A DNA stretch of 47,006 bases from Oligoflexia bacterium (GTDB lineage: Bacteria > Bdellovibrionota > UBA1018), in contig JAYTHP010000019.1 in NCBI GenBank assembly GCA_043732485.1, forward strand, positions 1 through 47,006, given 5' to 3'. This document shows, piece after piece, positions 37,416 to 47,006 of the stretch (its first letter is position 1; each line of letters begins with the position of its first letter). The position numbers were made by a program, and so were the translations under genes. The notes beneath the pieces are model-generated. The model saw nothing but the letters and a program-made list of their open reading frames with translations. It did not search any database and was not told where the DNA came from.

Positions 37416-39204
37416 GATTTCCTAACGGCAGTGGATGAAAACTGCTGGCTCTAGCTCTCAGCGACAGCCCGTAGCCTGAGAGACGGTTGCGATAATAGTA
37501 TAAAAGATTTAAATCCTCGGTGCGAATGATGCCCTTTTCGACCCGGATCACCGCAGCGTCGTGCAGCTGACCCAACTGCTTGACCCCGTCTGCAGCCCAC
37601 ACCAGCGTGTTTTGCAAGACCAAGTCGCTGGCTAAAAACAACTGCCCATGTTGCGCCAACTGTGTGAGACGTTCTAAGTCTTTTTCGGCATTTTCTAGGA
37701 AATCGGCATACGGCACCGCCCGCTGAGCATGCGATAATCTCAAAAAACGATAAAGATCATACTCCGGATACTTGCGCCGTAACATCTCAAAAAAAGAAAA
37801 CGCCACCAGGTGCGAGCTTAAAACGGTATTTTCCTTATGAAAACGATCCACCAGCTTCACCCCAAGCTCGGCGGTGTATTCATGATCTCGCTGCGGCTCG
37901 TGCCCCAACACCCCGCGGGTGGTCAGCCACTTCTCAGGATGAATTTCACAGCCATTAGGTCCCAGCGAGCGCCCGGTTTCATCAACAAAATTGCCAAAAA
38001 CATCGAGCGCCCGACCCACACGCATAGTAATGGCGCTTTGCGTCGAAAACAGCTTCCAAAAGAACGCCAAGATTTTTTGCGATTGCAAAAAATCGTCACT
38101 CGCCGGAATAAAGCGATGCTTGCCGCTTTCGGCTAAGTAATCCTCAATCAAGGTGCTGGCCTCAAGCACAAAATGATAACTCATCACCATCGGCACAATA
38201 AACACCCGGCGGCGCGCTGGGCCACCTTTTTTCAAGCCATAAATCTCAGCGTCTAGCGCCGAGCCCAATAAGCCCAGCTTCAAGCGACTTTCAATCGCAC
38301 CGCTGCGAGACCGACTACCGCCTGGAAAGAAAATCGAATGAATCCCTTCTTCCAAAATACGGGTGCTGTAATTCTTTAACGTCGTCTTGTACAGCTGATG
38401 GTTCTTCTGGCGATCGACCGTGTAAGACCCCAACTGACTCATCGAGTAACTGAGTAAGGGATTGGTAAACAGATTCAAGCCCGCGCCGTAGGCGAAGGCC
38501 GGAAGCGACATCAAATAGACGACGTAACCATTCAAAACACTATCCAAATGACTTTGATGAGTTGGCACCAATAAAATAGTGCCAATTTTCGCTAACTTTT
38601 GAATCAGAGGAATCTCACCCACGATATGGAGCCGGGATTGCAACGATTCGGTCATCCCCCAGGGTAAAAAGTGCCTGACGCTTGCGGCATTCAAGAGCCA
38701 ACTAAACCCCCACGGCACCGCCTTGGTAGCAGCCCGGTAGATGCGCGGGTTAAAATACCCGCCGATTTCTTCGGCAAAATGGGAAACCAGCGAAGAGAGC
38801 ATCTCGTGCCTTTGCTCTTGATCAAAGTTGGGCCGCAAAAAATCACTGTACACCCGCTGAATCAACTGCTGATCAGCGCGGTACCGTCCGCGGGTAAACA
38901 GCGTCGGGCTGGCACGACTCAAACGCCTGCGCTCGGCGTAAAGCGTCTCACCTAAGGCCTTCTCAGAAGCCGTTTTGCTGGAAAATTCTGCAAGTGTGCG
39001 CTCAACGACGTCTTTTAGCAAGGCGGGGCGCAGAGCACTGAGCTGGGTTAAGGCACCCTTGACGATCGGCACCTGCTCGAAGCGAATCAAGGGATGGCTG
39101 CCAGTGGCTGGATCTATTTTTAGGTTGTCTTGTAATTCTGTGATGGTCATACTCGTTGTGTTACTGAAGGCGTGCGTGTCTGCGTGTCTGTTCTTGCGGC
39201 TCAT
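37390..39204 (-). CDS. Glycerol-3-phosphate acyltransferase (PlsB-like)
   Basis: PTHQSHLDS (HxxxxD), AGLNL and FFPGGSRSRSG blocks; overlaps gpsA by 26 bp. Confidence 0.85.
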   Translation of the reverse strand: MSRKNRHADTHAFSNTTSMTITELQDNLKIDPATGSHPLIRFEQVPIVKGALTQLSALRPALLKDVVERTLAEFSSKTASEKALGETLYAERRRLSRASPTLFTRGRYRADQQLIQRVYSDFLRPNFDQEQRHEMLSSLVSHFAEEIGGYFNPRIYRAATKAVPWGFSWLLNAASVRHFLPWGMTESLQSRLHIVGEIPLIQKLAKIGTILLVPTHQSHLDSVLNGYVVYLMSLPAFAYGAGLNLFTNPLLSYSMSQLGSYTVDRQKNHQLYKTTLKNYSTRILEEGIHSIFFPGGSRSRSGAIESRLKLGLLGSALDAEIYGLKKGGPARRRVFIVPMVMSYHFVLEASTLIEDYLAESGKHRFIPASDDFLQSQKILAFFWKLFSTQSAITMRVGRALDVFGNFVDETGRSLGPNGCEIHPEKWLTTRGVLGHEPQRDHEYTAELGVKLVDRFHKENTVLSSHLVAFSFFEMLRRKYPEYDLYRFLRLSHAQRAVPYADFLENAEKDLERLTQLAQHGQLFLASDLVLQNTLVWAADGVKQLGQLHDAAVIRVEKGIIRTEDLNLLYYYRNRLSGYGLSLRARASSFHPLPLGNHDDQGFLA

Positions 39205-39331
39205 GGTCTTGGTAATCCTGACGCCTCTCTCACTGCCTTGGGTCTTAACACGCGCCTTATCACGCGTTCGGTGAAACTTTCAGAGACACTCACCGCACCC
39301 CCGGAATGGCATCTCAGGCTCAATGCCCGGC

Positions 39332-40033
39332 TCACAGACTTGCTGGTCTACGCTCTGGTTTACTCACCATCACCAGCAGTTGACCGCTCTGCAAACTGAC
39401 TTCAGCTGACATCCCCGTAATTTCATTACTTAAACCTTGAGAAGACCCATACAAAGCGGTCTGTAACCGATGGTCCTTGCCGCTTGCAGGAAAGCCATAT
39501 TTTACCCCCTTTAAGCTTAAGCCGGAAACGTCCCCCATCCAAGCAAATAACGAAAGCACCTCCCCTCTTTTCCCCCCCCGAAAGCGAGGACACTGAGGTG
39601 AGAGCAAAATCAACTGATTTTTACTGTCCCAACACTGCAAAGACTTCACCTGGCGCTGGGTTTTTAGTAAGCGAAACATCTCAAAGAGGCTTGCCAAATG
39701 ATGATCCGCCCGGTGACCGCCCGTCACGCCAAAACACACTAAACTGGTCACCCCCAGCGCCACCGCCGTCTGCAGCGCATAGTACAAATCGCTGCGATCT
39801 TTCATCTGCGGCAAGGTGATGTGTGCGATGCTTGCCAGCTTTTGCTGCAAGACCTTCGTAGACATCCTCACACTATCCCAATCACCCACCGCAAGATCAG
39901 GCTGCAGCCCGAGACTGAGCCAAATCGCCAAACCGCCATCCACCGCAATCCGCAAATCATGCGGCTTGAGCGCAAAATCCCGCAAACACTGAGGAGCGAC
40001 ACGAATAGCTGAGCCGATTAGAACCGCACGCAA
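39332..40033 (-). CDS. thiN: Thiamine diphosphokinase
   Basis: IAVDGG, PDLAVGDWDS, KDRSDL, GGHRADH, GVKY and GLSNEI. Confidence 0.9.
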   Translation of the reverse strand: MRAVLIGSAIRVAPQCLRDFALKPHDLRIAVDGGLAIWLSLGLQPDLAVGDWDSVRMSTKVLQQKLASIAHITLPQMKDRSDLYYALQTAVALGVTSLVCFGVTGGHRADHHLASLFEMFRLLKTQRQVKSLQCWDSKNQLILLSPQCPRFRGGKRGEVLSLFAWMGDVSGLSLKGVKYGFPASGKDHRLQTALYGSSQGLSNEITGMSAEVSLQSGQLLVMVSKPERRPASL

Positions 40034-40114
40034 TGACTGATCATCCTTTCACTTTCTCTTTCACGCTCTCACTCCCCCCTGAACAAAGCCCGCTTGGCCC
40101 AGGGACCCAAAGAC

Positions 40115-43060
40115 TTAAGTCGGCTTGATGAGCTCTACCTGCTCCAGCCGACTTAAGCCTGCGGTCAACTCCTGCGACTGCAACACGAGCCGTTGCTCCT
40201 TGGCCTGCTCCTGCTGAATGAGCGCAGGGGGCGCCTTCGCTAAAAACGCCTCCGATTGCAACTTACCTCGCACGTGCGACAAATCAGCTTGCACCCGCTC
40301 ACACTCCCTGGCTAAGCGCTTCTTTTCCTCCCCCAAGTGCAAATCCGCCAGCTGAATGCGAAACTCGGTCGGCGGATCCAACACCGCAATCACCGCTTCA
40401 GCGCCTGCAACCCCAGACCCACCGAACGCCTGCCCGCCTTTCGCTTGCACCGCGAGCTTGACGCGGGTCACCGCTTGCAGCTTTTCATGGAACTGGGCGA
40501 GCAATTGACTGGCTGACCCCTCAGCAGTCCGCACCACCCCTTGCAACTCCGTTTTCAGGGAAATTTGATGCTCCCCACGAAAATTGCGCAACGCCTCCAC
40601 CCAGGCCTGGAACACCGCCATTTGCCGCTCAGCCTGCTCGTTGATCAAAGCCTGCTGCACTTCGGGAAACGGCTGCAGCATCAAGGTCACGTTGGACCCT
40701 TGTCCATGAGCCTGTGCTTCAACCAGACCCGCTGCCGTGCGATCAAACGCTACCAGGGTTTGCCACAACTCCTCAGTGACAAACGGAATAAAGGGATGTA
40801 AGAGGCGCAACACCTGCTCCAGTAAAAAGCGAAAAAGGTGCAAGCCCAGCGTTTTCGAGCGCGTCGCAGGTCTTGACGCTTCGCCTAACACAGTTGCTGC
40901 TGCTGGCTCGTGATCTTTCCGCGTCTTCACCGACTCTAAAAACCAGTCGCACAACTCATACCAGACGAAATCATGGATGGCTGCAGCCGAGAGATGCAGT
41001 TCAAAATTTTCTAACCCGTCTGCGACCTGGGCCGTCACTTTTTGCAACCGTGATAAGATCCAGGCGTTTTCAATCGCATCAGCTTGCGACTCAAGCGCTA
41101 GCCACGCCAGCAACTCGGGCTGCGTGAGCAGCCGCACGCCACTCGTGCCAGTTGCCGCCCCACTTACCGCAAGCTCGTTGGCCTTCCACTGTTGCACTTG
41201 CAGCAAATAAAACTGCACGGCGTTCCATAACTTGTTGCAAAACGCCTTCTTTTCTGTCACCCGCGGCAAGGCTAACTTAATGTCACGCCCCTGACCTGCC
41301 ATCAAAAGCAGGGTCAAGCGGAGCGAGTCGGTCCCCAAGGTCTCGGTCACTTCAATGGGGTCCAGCACGTTGCCTTTGGATTTCGACATCTTGGAGCCCT
41401 TTTCATCGCGCACCATGGCATGCAAATACACCCGCTGAAACGGCACCTCCCCCATGAAATGAATCCCCATCATGATCATCCGTGCCACCCAAAAAAAGAG
41501 GATATCAAATCCCGTCTCTAAAACGGCCGTAGGATAAAAGGTCTGGAGCGCCGCAGTCGACTCCGGCCACCCTAAGGTCACAAAAGGCCATAAGGCCGAG
41601 CTGAACCAGGTGTCCAGTACGTCAGGATCTTGACGTAAATCACCACTCCCGCAATGTCCACACACCTCAGGCGTCACGCTGACCACCGTGACCTGGCGAC
41701 AACCCCCGCAGTGCCAAGCCGGGATCTGATGCCCCCACCACAACTGCCGGGAAATGCACCAATCGCGAATCTGCTCCATCCAAGCAAAATAGGTCTTCTC
41801 CCAAGAGGCAGGGTAAAACCTGATTTTTTGCGTCCGCACCGCTTCGATCGCAGGACCGGCAAGCGGCGCAATCTTCACAAACCACTGCTCCGACAAGAAC
41901 GGCTCTACCGTGGTCTCACAGCGCTGACAGACCCCCACTTGATGCAGGTGTGGCTGTGTTTCCAGCCAATCGCCGCTTGCTTTTAAATCCTCTAAAATTT
42001 GCTTGCGTGCCTGCCCAATTCTTAACCCCGCGTAAACTCCGGACTTTTCATTCATGCGCCCGGTTTCCGTCATCACCGAGGTCACCGCAAGCCCGTGCCT
42101 TAGGCCTAGCTCCGCGTCGTTGAAGTCATGAGCGGGCGTTACTTTTAGGGCGCCGCTCCCAAACTCACGCTCGACATAAGCATCTAAAATTAACGGCACC
42201 AGCTGACCCGTAAGCGGCACCTTGAGCTGCTTGCCCACTAAATGGGCATAACGCCCGCCCACTGACGCGTCTTCCGGATGAATCGCCACTGCCGCATCGC
42301 CCAATAGGGTTTCCGGCCTCGTGGTGGCAATCACCACAAACTCAGGCGTTTGATCGGCTTTCAAGACCGGCTGGCCATCCTGCTCCACCACCGCATACCG
42401 GAGATGCCATAAATGCCCGCTGCGCTCCTGGGGGATGACCTCTAAATCGGAAAGAGCGGTTTGACAGCGCATACACCAGTGAATCATCCGTTTGCCACGG
42501 TAAATCAGCCCTTGCTGATAAAGCCTGACAAACACCTCTTTCACCGCACGCGAACTGCCCTCATCCAGCGTAAAGCGCTCGCGCGACCAATCCAGCGAGG
42601 AGCCCAGTTTTTTCAGCTGGGTTTGAATCTCATGCGCATGCTGATGCTTCCACTCCCAAGTGCGCTCGGTAAAACGCTTCCTGCCCAAATCATGCCGCGT
42701 GAGGGGGTGACCTGCCGCGTTCACCCCTTCTTTGGCGATTTGCTTTTCGACCTGCATTTGGGTGGCAATCCCGGCATGATCTAAGCCCGGCAACCACAAG
42801 GTGTTTGCCCCCCGCATGCGTTGCCAGCGCGCCAACGTGTCTTCCAAGGTATTGGTCAAGGCATGCCCCATGTGCAAAATCCCGGTGACGTTAGGCGGCG
42901 GCAGCAGCATGGCAAAGGCCTGCTGCCCCGGCTGATTGCGGTCTTGGGCTGCAAAACATTGATTTTTTTCCCAAAAATCATAAATTTTGGCTTCAAACGC
43001 TTGCGGCTCGTAATTTTTCGTTAACTCAGTGCGCGGAAAAGGTTGATTGAGAATTTTCAT
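40115..43060 (-). CDS. valS: Valine--tRNA ligase
   Basis: PPPNVTGILHMGH, DHAGIATQ, ATTRPET, DWCISRQLWWGH, DTWFSS and KMSKS; C-terminal coiled coil. Confidence 0.98.
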   Translation of the reverse strand: MKILNQPFPRTELTKNYEPQAFEAKIYDFWEKNQCFAAQDRNQPGQQAFAMLLPPPNVTGILHMGHALTNTLEDTLARWQRMRGANTLWLPGLDHAGIATQMQVEKQIAKEGVNAAGHPLTRHDLGRKRFTERTWEWKHQHAHEIQTQLKKLGSSLDWSRERFTLDEGSSRAVKEVFVRLYQQGLIYRGKRMIHWCMRCQTALSDLEVIPQERSGHLWHLRYAVVEQDGQPVLKADQTPEFVVIATTRPETLLGDAAVAIHPEDASVGGRYAHLVGKQLKVPLTGQLVPLILDAYVEREFGSGALKVTPAHDFNDAELGLRHGLAVTSVMTETGRMNEKSGVYAGLRIGQARKQILEDLKASGDWLETQPHLHQVGVCQRCETTVEPFLSEQWFVKIAPLAGPAIEAVRTQKIRFYPASWEKTYFAWMEQIRDWCISRQLWWGHQIPAWHCGGCRQVTVVSVTPEVCGHCGSGDLRQDPDVLDTWFSSALWPFVTLGWPESTAALQTFYPTAVLETGFDILFFWVARMIMMGIHFMGEVPFQRVYLHAMVRDEKGSKMSKSKGNVLDPIEVTETLGTDSLRLTLLLMAGQGRDIKLALPRVTEKKAFCNKLWNAVQFYLLQVQQWKANELAVSGAATGTSGVRLLTQPELLAWLALESQADAIENAWILSRLQKVTAQVADGLENFELHLSAAAIHDFVWYELCDWFLESVKTRKDHEPAAATVLGEASRPATRSKTLGLHLFRFLLEQVLRLLHPFIPFVTEELWQTLVAFDRTAAGLVEAQAHGQGSNVTLMLQPFPEVQQALINEQAERQMAVFQAWVEALRNFRGEHQISLKTELQGVVRTAEGSASQLLAQFHEKLQAVTRVKLAVQAKGGQAFGGSGVAGAEAVIAVLDPPTEFRIQLADLHLGEEKKRLARECERVQADLSHVRGKLQSEAFLAKAPPALIQQEQAKEQRLVLQSQELTAGLSRLEQVELIKPT

Positions 43061-43137
43061 AACAATTCAGCATCTTTATCACAAAGCTTACAGAAATTCT
43101 TGAGATTTCACCACTCCCATGGGATCCTCATTCTATT

Positions 43138-44214
43138 GTGACGCTGCCCCTTCCTCCTTCTTTGCCACCCCACCAGCCTCAGCCCTTCCGTGTGCTAGCC
43201 CTGCTCGTCGATTACCACAGCACGGCTGACGCCAAACGCTTGGCGCTCGAACTCCTCCGCTCCACCCCGACCGAAGGCTTGACCCTCCAGATCGTGCACA
43301 TCGATAACAGCAACCCCACAAACCTAAGCGCGTTACCCCAAAAAGACTTACCAGACGACTTTCCCTCCCCCGCCGTCACGCTGTTGCGTACCCATCAAAA
43401 CTTAGGCTACGCCGGAGCCCTGAACCGCGCTATTGGGCACTTTGACCCCGCAGGCCAGCATTTTGACGCCTATTGGTGCTTGAATTGTGATTTAAGCCTC
43501 AAGCCTGATTGCTTAAGCAAGCTCGCGCACCTGCTCAAGCAGCACCCAAAAACTGCAGCCGTCGGACCGCAAATTTACCTCTTACCGCCCACACCGACAA
43601 CCCCTCCTCCTCCTCCGACGCCTCCACCTCTCAAACTATGGGCGGCCCGCGGCATCGTCTCACCCTGGCAAGGCACTACGGCCCAAGGGCCCTGGCGGGC
43701 GAGCACTGCAGACTCCTCCCCCCCTTTGCCGCACTGGTCATACCTGCCGGGTTGCACGCTGATGGTGCGCGCTCAGGCCTACCATCAGATCAAAGGCGGC
43801 TTGCCCAGCGTTTATCACCTGTATTTTGAGGAAACCGAGTTTTGCGTGCGCTTACAAAAGCTCGGCTGGGATCTCAGGGTCTCCCCGCAAGCCATGGCCT
43901 TTCACCGCGTGGATAGCTTGGCGCATCAGATCCCGGCGCGCCACTTCGCCTATTACTTCACCCGCAACCAGCTGCTCTTCTGGCAGCGGGTCTTTGCCAT
44001 CCCCTGGTGGTTGCAACTGCCCCGCTCGCTGCTCGTGATCGCCAAGGAAGTCTTGCTGCCCTTAAGACGCTGCAGGAGTCGCACCCAAGTGCTAGATCGG
44101 TTGCGATACACGCTCCTTGGGCTGCTCGATGGCATCACGCTTGCCCGAGGTCGCGCCCCGCGCTTTGAGCCTCAACTGTTTGAGCTTGCAGCCCACAAAC
44201 CGGAGAGCTCGTGA
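43138..44214 (+). CDS. Glycosyltransferase family 2 protein
   Basis: IVHIDN, NLGYAGALN, CLNCD, GCTLMVR, LYFEETEFCVR and YYFTRN. Confidence 0.88.
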   Translation: MTLPLPPSLPPHQPQPFRVLALLVDYHSTADAKRLALELLRSTPTEGLTLQIVHIDNSNPTNLSALPQKDLPDDFPSPAVTLLRTHQNLGYAGALNRAIGHFDPAGQHFDAYWCLNCDLSLKPDCLSKLAHLLKQHPKTAAVGPQIYLLPPTPTTPPPPPTPPPLKLWAARGIVSPWQGTTAQGPWRASTADSSPPLPHWSYLPGCTLMVRAQAYHQIKGGLPSVYHLYFEETEFCVRLQKLGWDLRVSPQAMAFHRVDSLAHQIPARHFAYYFTRNQLLFWQRVFAIPWWLQLPRSLLVIAKEVLLPLRRCRSRTQVLDRLRYTLLGLLDGITLARGRAPRFEPQLFELAAHKPESS

Positions 44215-44247
44215 TCTTAACGAGAATCAGGTAACGAGAATCACGAG

Positions 44248-45705
44248 ATGACGAGAATCAGAATTTTTGCACCTTTCTACCCCTGGCCCAAAACCGAAGG
44301 GGCGTTTAGCGTGATGGCCAACCAGATTGAGGCGCTCGCTCAGCAAGGGCATGAAGTGGAGCTTTGTCTCACCAAAGAAACCCCACAATCGCTCTGGCGG
44401 CGACAGAAAGCAGCGCACTCCTTACAAGAGCCCCAAGCCCCAGACGTGAGGGCCCGAACCGCTTGCACGGCGCTGGCGCTGGCAGCGCCCCCTTCCCTCA
44501 CGCCCCGCAACAGCAAGACGCAAAAGGCCTGGGAAAAAAGCCTCCGGGTGCTGAGAAGTCTCTTTTCGCGCTTCGCCTCGCCGGAGCTTTATTTTTACCC
44601 AACAAACTTCATCACTGGCACGCAACAACGACGACAGCCGCCGACACCGACAACACCAACCTTGACGCCCTTCCGAGAAGTCGACTGGGAGATCTACCAC
44701 TATAGCTTTGCCTACGCTTGGCTCTTTAGGCGTCCAGTGGCGACTCCTTCTCTTCCTCTTCCTCTTACTCTTACTCCTCTTCCCCCCGCCGCCAACGCCA
44801 CTACCGCCGCTTCTTTGGCCGCACGGCCACGCTGCGCGGTTTTTTTGCACAATTTGGAATCCGATCTTGCGCTCTTGCAAGGGCAAGCCACCCGCACGGC
44901 TTGGATGCGGCCACTTTACCGCCACAATGCCCGCAAACTCAGGCTGCATGAAGACGAACTGCGCCTGCTCGTTGATGAACTTTGGTTCATCAGCCCGGCT
45001 GACTTGCAGCGCTACAGCGCAAGAAACCCTGACGTCACCTTACGGCAAGCCCAAGGAAAACTGACCTTGCGCTTAATCCCCCCGCACTATCCCGAAAGCC
45101 TGCGTGCCCGTCGCCTGCTCACCCCGCCGCGTCCAACTCCTGACCTAGTGACTACCAACGACCCCTTGGCCGCGAGGTTAATTTTAGGGTGGATCGGCGA
45201 TCTAGGTTTTTTGCCCAACCAAGAAAGCGCGCTTTGGATCCTCACTCAGCTTGCCCCGCTCCTCCAAACCGCAGGCTTTCAAGGTCAGATTCTCTTTTTA
45301 GGAAAAAACGCCTCACCTCAGCTGCTGGAGCAAGCCCAGGCCTACCCGTTTGTGCGTTTTTTAGGCTTTCAAATCGATGCCGAGCCCTTTTGGAGCCAGC
45401 TGTCGTACCTACTCGTGCCGCACCTCCATGGCTCAGGCGTGCGCACCAAACTGCTGGAAGCTTTAGCCTCAGGCGTTCCCGTAATCACCCACCCGGAAGC
45501 CTTAGCGCAAGTGCATCCCGACTTAGCGCACTCACCGCTGCTCGTGGCAAAAACGGTCGCACCCGACTGGATCCAGGAGCTTTTTAGCCAACCGCCGCTT
45601 GCCAAGCGCTTGCAACTGCAAACCCTGCCTTTTCCCGTAACCCTCACAGGCGACCACGGCTATCCCTTCTTAACGACCCCAACCCCACCCCAGACCCCCC
45701 CCTAA
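44248..45705 (+). CDS. Glycosyltransferase family 4-like (GT-B) protein
   Basis: PFYPWP..EG, LHNLES, IGDLGFLPN and VPHLHGSGVRTKLLEALASGVPVI. Confidence 0.85.
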   Translation: MTRIRIFAPFYPWPKTEGAFSVMANQIEALAQQGHEVELCLTKETPQSLWRRQKAAHSLQEPQAPDVRARTACTALALAAPPSLTPRNSKTQKAWEKSLRVLRSLFSRFASPELYFYPTNFITGTQQRRQPPTPTTPTLTPFREVDWEIYHYSFAYAWLFRRPVATPSLPLPLTLTPLPPAANATTAASLAARPRCAVFLHNLESDLALLQGQATRTAWMRPLYRHNARKLRLHEDELRLLVDELWFISPADLQRYSARNPDVTLRQAQGKLTLRLIPPHYPESLRARRLLTPPRPTPDLVTTNDPLAARLILGWIGDLGFLPNQESALWILTQLAPLLQTAGFQGQILFLGKNASPQLLEQAQAYPFVRFLGFQIDAEPFWSQLSYLLVPHLHGSGVRTKLLEALASGVPVITHPEALAQVHPDLAHSPLLVAKTVAPDWIQELFSQPPLAKRLQLQTLPFPVTLTGDHGYPFLTTPTPPQTPP

Positions 45706-47006
45706 AAACTGCCTCCCGCCGACTGCGGCGAAACCCCCTGAGCGCTAGCGCAAGCCTGCTCATCCTGCTCTTTTGTCTGACTTCCTTACTCAGGTTCTTA
45801 AGCCATCCAAGCGGCGGACACACCCACCGGCAATCCGACCCCCTAGGCATGGCGCTGGAGTTTGCCCTGGAACTGAAAGAGCGCAGCTGGGCGGCCTGGG
45901 ATTTTCTGGTATTCCCTAAGATCCTCCAAAAGGGCCTACAGTGACATTAACGCTAGCGAATTTCCGCTGCTCACAAGGCTATTTTTTTTCCTGGCAGCCA
46001 CCCTCCCACCCTTGGGGCCGCAATTTGGGGTGTTTTGTGCCACCTTGCTGATTCTGGGAGCGACCCTCTGAGCGGCAAGCCAAGTACTGCCGCGGCTGGC
46101 GGCAAGGCTTGACATCACGATCACCCCAGTCACAGGAGCCTTACTCTGGTTGTCAGGCGCAACGCTTGCCAGTCAAAGCAACACCGTGATGCCCGAGGGT
46201 CTGGCTTTTCCGCTCGTCTTAGGCGGTCTCACGTGCTTACCGCTAACCCCACACCACGCAGGTAGACCCCCACCTGGGGTTGCGCACAGCGCTGGGCCTC
46301 ACTTGCTGTAACTTAGGGATTGAAACCCACCACCTTGCTCATGCTGCTGCTCCTTGCCGCCGCTGCGCTCCCCCAACAAGCGCCTACTACTGCCACCACC
46401 CAACCCCTGGGCACGAAGCCACTGCTACGACTCCTGCTACTGCTTTGCGGTTGCCTGCTGTTGCCAGCCTACTGGTATGCCTTCCACTGCCCCTACTTGC
46501 GCGAGATGCCACGCAGCCCGCAACTCTTTGCCGAAGCCCACTTCAAGCCGCTGACGCAACTGCAAGCCTTAGGCTTTCTTCCTTCGCTCAAACTGCTGAT
46601 CCGGAAGCCTTTTTTAGAGCAATTCCCGATGTTTTTAGCCCGGGTTTAGCTTGCACTTGCGCTGTCACAAAAACAATTCAAGTACCTTGCGCTTTACTTT
46701 CTCAGCCTCCCGGCTGGCCTGGCGCTAGACAGTCCGCACACGGTAGACCACAGCTATTACTTAATCAGCTCCTCGTTGTTTGCCATGCTGCTCATGGCCA
46801 GCGTCTTGAGTCAAACCCGTCACGCCTGGGCACGCAGCCTGCTTTTTGTTTCCTTGCCCTGGGGCGTGGCCTTTCAGATTCGTGGCAACGCCTGGATCTG
46901 GGCACGGGAGTCCCGTTTGGGCACTTTTAGTCCTTGGGCCTTAGAGAGGCTGACCTGCCAGCTGATCCCCCCGTCCTTTCACCTGATCACTGATGACAGC
47001 TGTTAT
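45702..47006 (+). pseudogene. Disrupted ArnT/PMT-like (GT-C) membrane glycosyltransferase, runs off the window
   Basis: Stitched frames give TM helix-HTHRQSD..EFPL..MPEGLAFPL..KPT..HSYY with multiple TM helices. Stops at 45942-45944 (with a frameshift), 46069-46071 and 46647-46649; further frameshifts near 46280 and 46320. Start boundary approximate. Confidence 0.72.

Noticed and set aside
46280..46930. 216-aa + strand ORF as an intact gene
   Set aside because: Mostly an off-frame reading of the GT-C pseudogene; only its first ~14 codons fit the repaired protein.

Overview
Bacterial chromosomal segment. The gene content (stand-alone FliG-C-like protein, MepA, long-leader beta-barrel, Ig-repeat lipoprotein) is reminiscent of Bdellovibrionota/Oligoflexia, which is inference only. 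Housekeeping backbone: folA, thyA, ndh, tRNA-Pro(TGG), nrdAB (class Ia), hpt, tatA, gpsA, a plsB-like acyltransferase, thiN, valS, an ABC-F ATPase and two glycosyltransferases. Three things stand out. (1) A ~10-kb block (24.3-34.5 kb) holds four eukaryote-like repeat proteins arranged LRR(-), ANK(+), ANK(+), LRR(-): two paralogous F-box-like/28-aa LRR proteins and two paralogous ankyrin proteins, with signal-peptide-like N-termini, a candidate secreted host-manipulation (ubiquitin-ligase-hijacking) cassette. (2) A large invasin-like Ig-repeat lipoprotein gene runs off the left edge and is absent from the ORF track. (3) At least four pseudogenes could be reconstructed by hand (APH(6)-like kinase between thyA and folA, a rhomboid duplicate, an AbiEi antitoxin, a GT-C membrane glycosyltransferase), alongside many slippage-type low-complexity expansions. 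Together these suggest a host-associated lineage in early genome erosion. No CRISPR array, rRNA or transposase was recognised. All calls come from manual motif reading; no database searches were run.
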